Below, piece after piece: positions 61,921 through 64,000 of a stretch of DNA of 64,000 nt. Below the pieces are notes generated by a model. It made no database searches, was not told the origin of the DNA, and worked only from the letters and a program-made list of their open reading frames with translations. Position numbers and translations under genes: made by a program. Source of the DNA: Bacillota bacterium (GTDB lineage: Bacteria > Bacillota > Limnochordia > DTU087); contig JAAZMR010000079.1 in assembly GCA_012798695.1 (NCBI GenBank), positions 9,733 to 73,732 of the forward strand. The letters run 5' to 3'. Positions within the stretch are counted from its first letter, which is position 1. Each line of letters begins with the position of its first letter.

Positions 61921-61998
61921 ACGTCAAGAACAAGCTAGGACATGTTGGACAAGCAATAGGTAGGCTGGGCCCCCATAGAGTTGCCCAGCCCAGTAGCC

Positions 61999-63312
61999 TC
62001 ATAGTGTTTGGGAAAAAATCGTGTCATCCCGTTTGAGTTGCCGCGGATCCTCCACGAAGTAGAAAATGGCTGCCAGAGCCACTACATTGATCAGCAGCGT
62101 AGCTTTGAAGACAGTGCTATACCCGAAAACTTCTACCAACCAGCCACCAACCACTGGTGTAAAGAAGACGATGGGTGCTAGTAGTGTATTGACTATCCCC
62201 GCATAAACCGAACGCAGCCCTTCAGGAGCGAACTCCATCACAATTGGTAATCGGGATACGCCGTATGTTGTATTGGCAATTCCCAAGAGCACAAAGCTTA
62301 GTACGGTTAGAATCATCTTCGGTGGTAACAGAGTTAACAGGGCCGCTATTCCCATAGCGATACAGGATAGCTGTAGGTTGATTTTATGACCCTGGGCATC
62401 ACCTAAGCGGCCAGCAAACAACGCGGCCAACATTTGTCCGGCGATCATACTAATGGTGAAGTATCCCACAAAAGATGTAGGCAACTGCATTCGATCCAAT
62501 CCATATACCGAGAAAAAAGCAAGCCCCATCTGACCCAGCAGCAACAGCATCATACCGATCACGAATCTGCGGAAAGGGTGATCATGGGCTAGGATGCTGG
62601 GTATCCGGCGTAGATAATCAATCAGGCTGGAAGGGGGCTCTTTTGGCTCCTCATTGGGCTCTTCCCAGGTCAAACGGTAGAAAATAGTCCATCCTATGGC
62701 GAAGAGCAAAAAGGCCCAGAGGAAGAGATACCCAAAATTTTGGGGAAAAGCAAACCGCTCTAACGTGAGGCTGGTCAGATAGCCTGCACCCAAGCCGCAG
62801 ATACAACTGACAAATGTGCGGGCAGCAAAAAGAGAACCTCGTCTTCTTTCCGGAATTGAACTAGCGACAAACTCCAACCAAGCAGGAGTGCCGATCCCGT
62901 CAAGAACGCTGGCCAGTAGATAAAAACTCAAGAAGGTGGTCAAGAGCATTTGGGGCCTATCCCAAGGAAGCAGCCAGGTAAGTAGGGCAATTATCAAGTA
63001 ACAGATCCGCTGAGAGGCCATCATGGTAAGTATATAGGGCTTCCTCTTGGTGAGCTGCTGGACATATCTAGCACTAAACAGCTGGGGCAACATCCAGCCT
63101 ATACTGTAAAGGGTAGGTGCCAGACCGATAATCAAAGCCGAGGCTCCCAACTCTCTTGCGAAAGCCGGTACTACTGTGGCGGGAGCAACGAAGGTTGAGG
63201 CTGTGAAATAGAAGGCACCATCGATCAGAACTCCATAGTAATTGCCATTGCGAGACTGGGATTGTGAGCGTCTAGTTACAGGTTGCTGTGCCAATGACAT
63301 ACCCTCCGTCAT
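61999..63312 (-). CDS. MFS transporter
   Basis: 12 predicted TM helices. 437 aa. Confidence 0.8.
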   Translation of the reverse strand: MTEGMSLAQQPVTRRSQSQSRNGNYYGVLIDGAFYFTASTFVAPATVVPAFARELGASALIIGLAPTLYSIGWMLPQLFSARYVQQLTKRKPYILTMMASQRICYLIIALLTWLLPWDRPQMLLTTFLSFYLLASVLDGIGTPAWLEFVASSIPERRRGSLFAARTFVSCICGLGAGYLTSLTLERFAFPQNFGYLFLWAFLLFAIGWTIFYRLTWEEPNEEPKEPPSSLIDYLRRIPSILAHDHPFRRFVIGMMLLLLGQMGLAFFSVYGLDRMQLPTSFVGYFTISMIAGQMLAALFAGRLGDAQGHKINLQLSCIAMGIAALLTLLPPKMILTVLSFVLLGIANTTYGVSRLPIVMEFAPEGLRSVYAGIVNTLLAPIVFFTPVVGGWLVEVFGYSTVFKATLLINVVALAAIFYFVEDPRQLKRDDTIFSQTL

Positions 63313-63508
63313 CTAGTCATTTGTCTTAGTCCGTTTTGGGTCTTTTCTCAGCGGCCCATAGAGTGTATTCGCTTTATGAACCTTCTAACCTGCTTTACCC
63401 ATTTGGACCCATGTTTTTGTTATACATGTCTGAACTGGCAGGGAATTTCTGCGGTAATCCCTAATCATATATATGTTTGGGAGGGTAACTCAAAGGAGGG
63501 ATAGTGGC

Positions 63509-64000
63509 GTGAAAAAAGGTATTAACCGCTGGTCACTGCCGGCAGACTGGTCAATTCGGCAGTGTATGGAAAGAGCAAAAGAAGCCGGTTTTGAAGGAAT
63601 TGAACTGGCATTGGATGAGACGGGAGAACTCTCTCTGGAAAGTGATGAACAGCAGGTCAAGGCAGTTCGAAAGATGGCTGCCGACATTGGCTTGGAGCTA
63701 AAAAGTTTGGCTACGGGGCTGTTTTGGAAGTATTCTTTGACAGCTAATGATCCAGATGTACGAGAGAAAGCCAGATCCGTCGTAGTAAAAGCCTTGGATG
63801 TGGCTCAGTGGCTGGGTGCCGATACCGTTCTGGTAGTACCTGGCGTTGTATCCGCTCCCTTTGCCACCTCGGAGAGAACATCATATGCGGACGCCTGGGA
63901 TAGAGCTATAGAGGCCCTACAAGAATTGGCCCTGGAAGCTGAACAGCGGCAAGTGAGTATCGGGATTGAGAACGTATGGAATAAGTTTCTTCTCAGTCCA
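63509..64000 (+). CDS. sugar phosphate isomerase/epimerase (xylose-isomerase-like TIM barrel), 5' partial: runs off the window end
   Basis: Open frame from GTG 63509 to the window end. GFEGIELA and IENVWNKF motifs. GGAGGG RBS. Confidence 0.7.
   Translation, partial: MKKGINRWSLPADWSIRQCMERAKEAGFEGIELALDETGELSLESDEQQVKAVRKMAADIGLELKSLATGLFWKYSLTANDPDVREKARSVVVKALDVAQWLGADTVLVVPGVVSAPFATSERTSYADAWDRAIEALQELALEAEQRQVSIGIENVWNKFLLSP

Overview
This 64-kb window looks like chromosome from a moderately GC-rich (about 53-55%), endospore-forming Firmicute. The evidence is a SleB-like cortex hydrolase, AddAB, and an atpZ/atpI-type F1Fo operon.

The first ~22 kb is housekeeping on the + strand:
- an FAH-family hydrolase;
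- a complete F1Fo ATP synthase operon (atpZ-atpI-atpB-E-F-H-A-G-D-C) whose c subunit carries a Na+-binding signature;
- zur-znuA-znuC-znuB;
- an alpha/beta hydrolase convergent with a DUF362 protein;
- addB-addA, then a SleB-like hydrolase.

The remaining ~40 kb reads as accessory and is dominated by carbohydrate use:
- two URO-D/MtaA-family methyltransferase paralogs;
- an L,D-transpeptidase;
- GH127 with a csoR-OsmC pair;
- a Gfo/Idh/MocA oxidoreductase, an aldose-epimerase-like protein and an O-antigen-ligase-like membrane protein;
- MscS and an mrp/apbC gene followed by an azlCD cassette bracketed by diverged 206-bp direct repeats;
- an orphan anSME-like radical-SAM/SPASM enzyme with a SEC-C tail;
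- a sugar ABC transporter and a DUF3298/DUF4163 protein;
- a polyol-to-pentose-phosphate cluster (FGGY kinase, Zn-ADH, gnd, zwf, cyclase, GH4);
- a TVP38 protein and an isoaspartyl peptidase;
- an AT-rich island expressing a secreted tandem-domain protein next to membrane-anchored ApbE;
- a THUMP methyltransferase;
- GH42 and a ROK kinase;
- a divergent SinR-like/XRE pair;
- an MFS transporter and a truncated sugar-phosphate isomerase at the window edge.

I saw no rRNA, tRNA, CRISPR array, transposase or integrase.

The most novel-looking elements are the secreted duplicated-domain protein coupled to ApbE, the repeat-flanked azlCD cassette with an mrp 3' pseudogene relic, the orphan rSAM/SPASM + SEC-C enzyme, two unannotated tail-anchored mini-proteins at the window start, the Na+-type c-ring, and the non-canonical CsoR-OsmC pairing.

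All calls rest on reading the translations and sequence by eye. No database search was possible.
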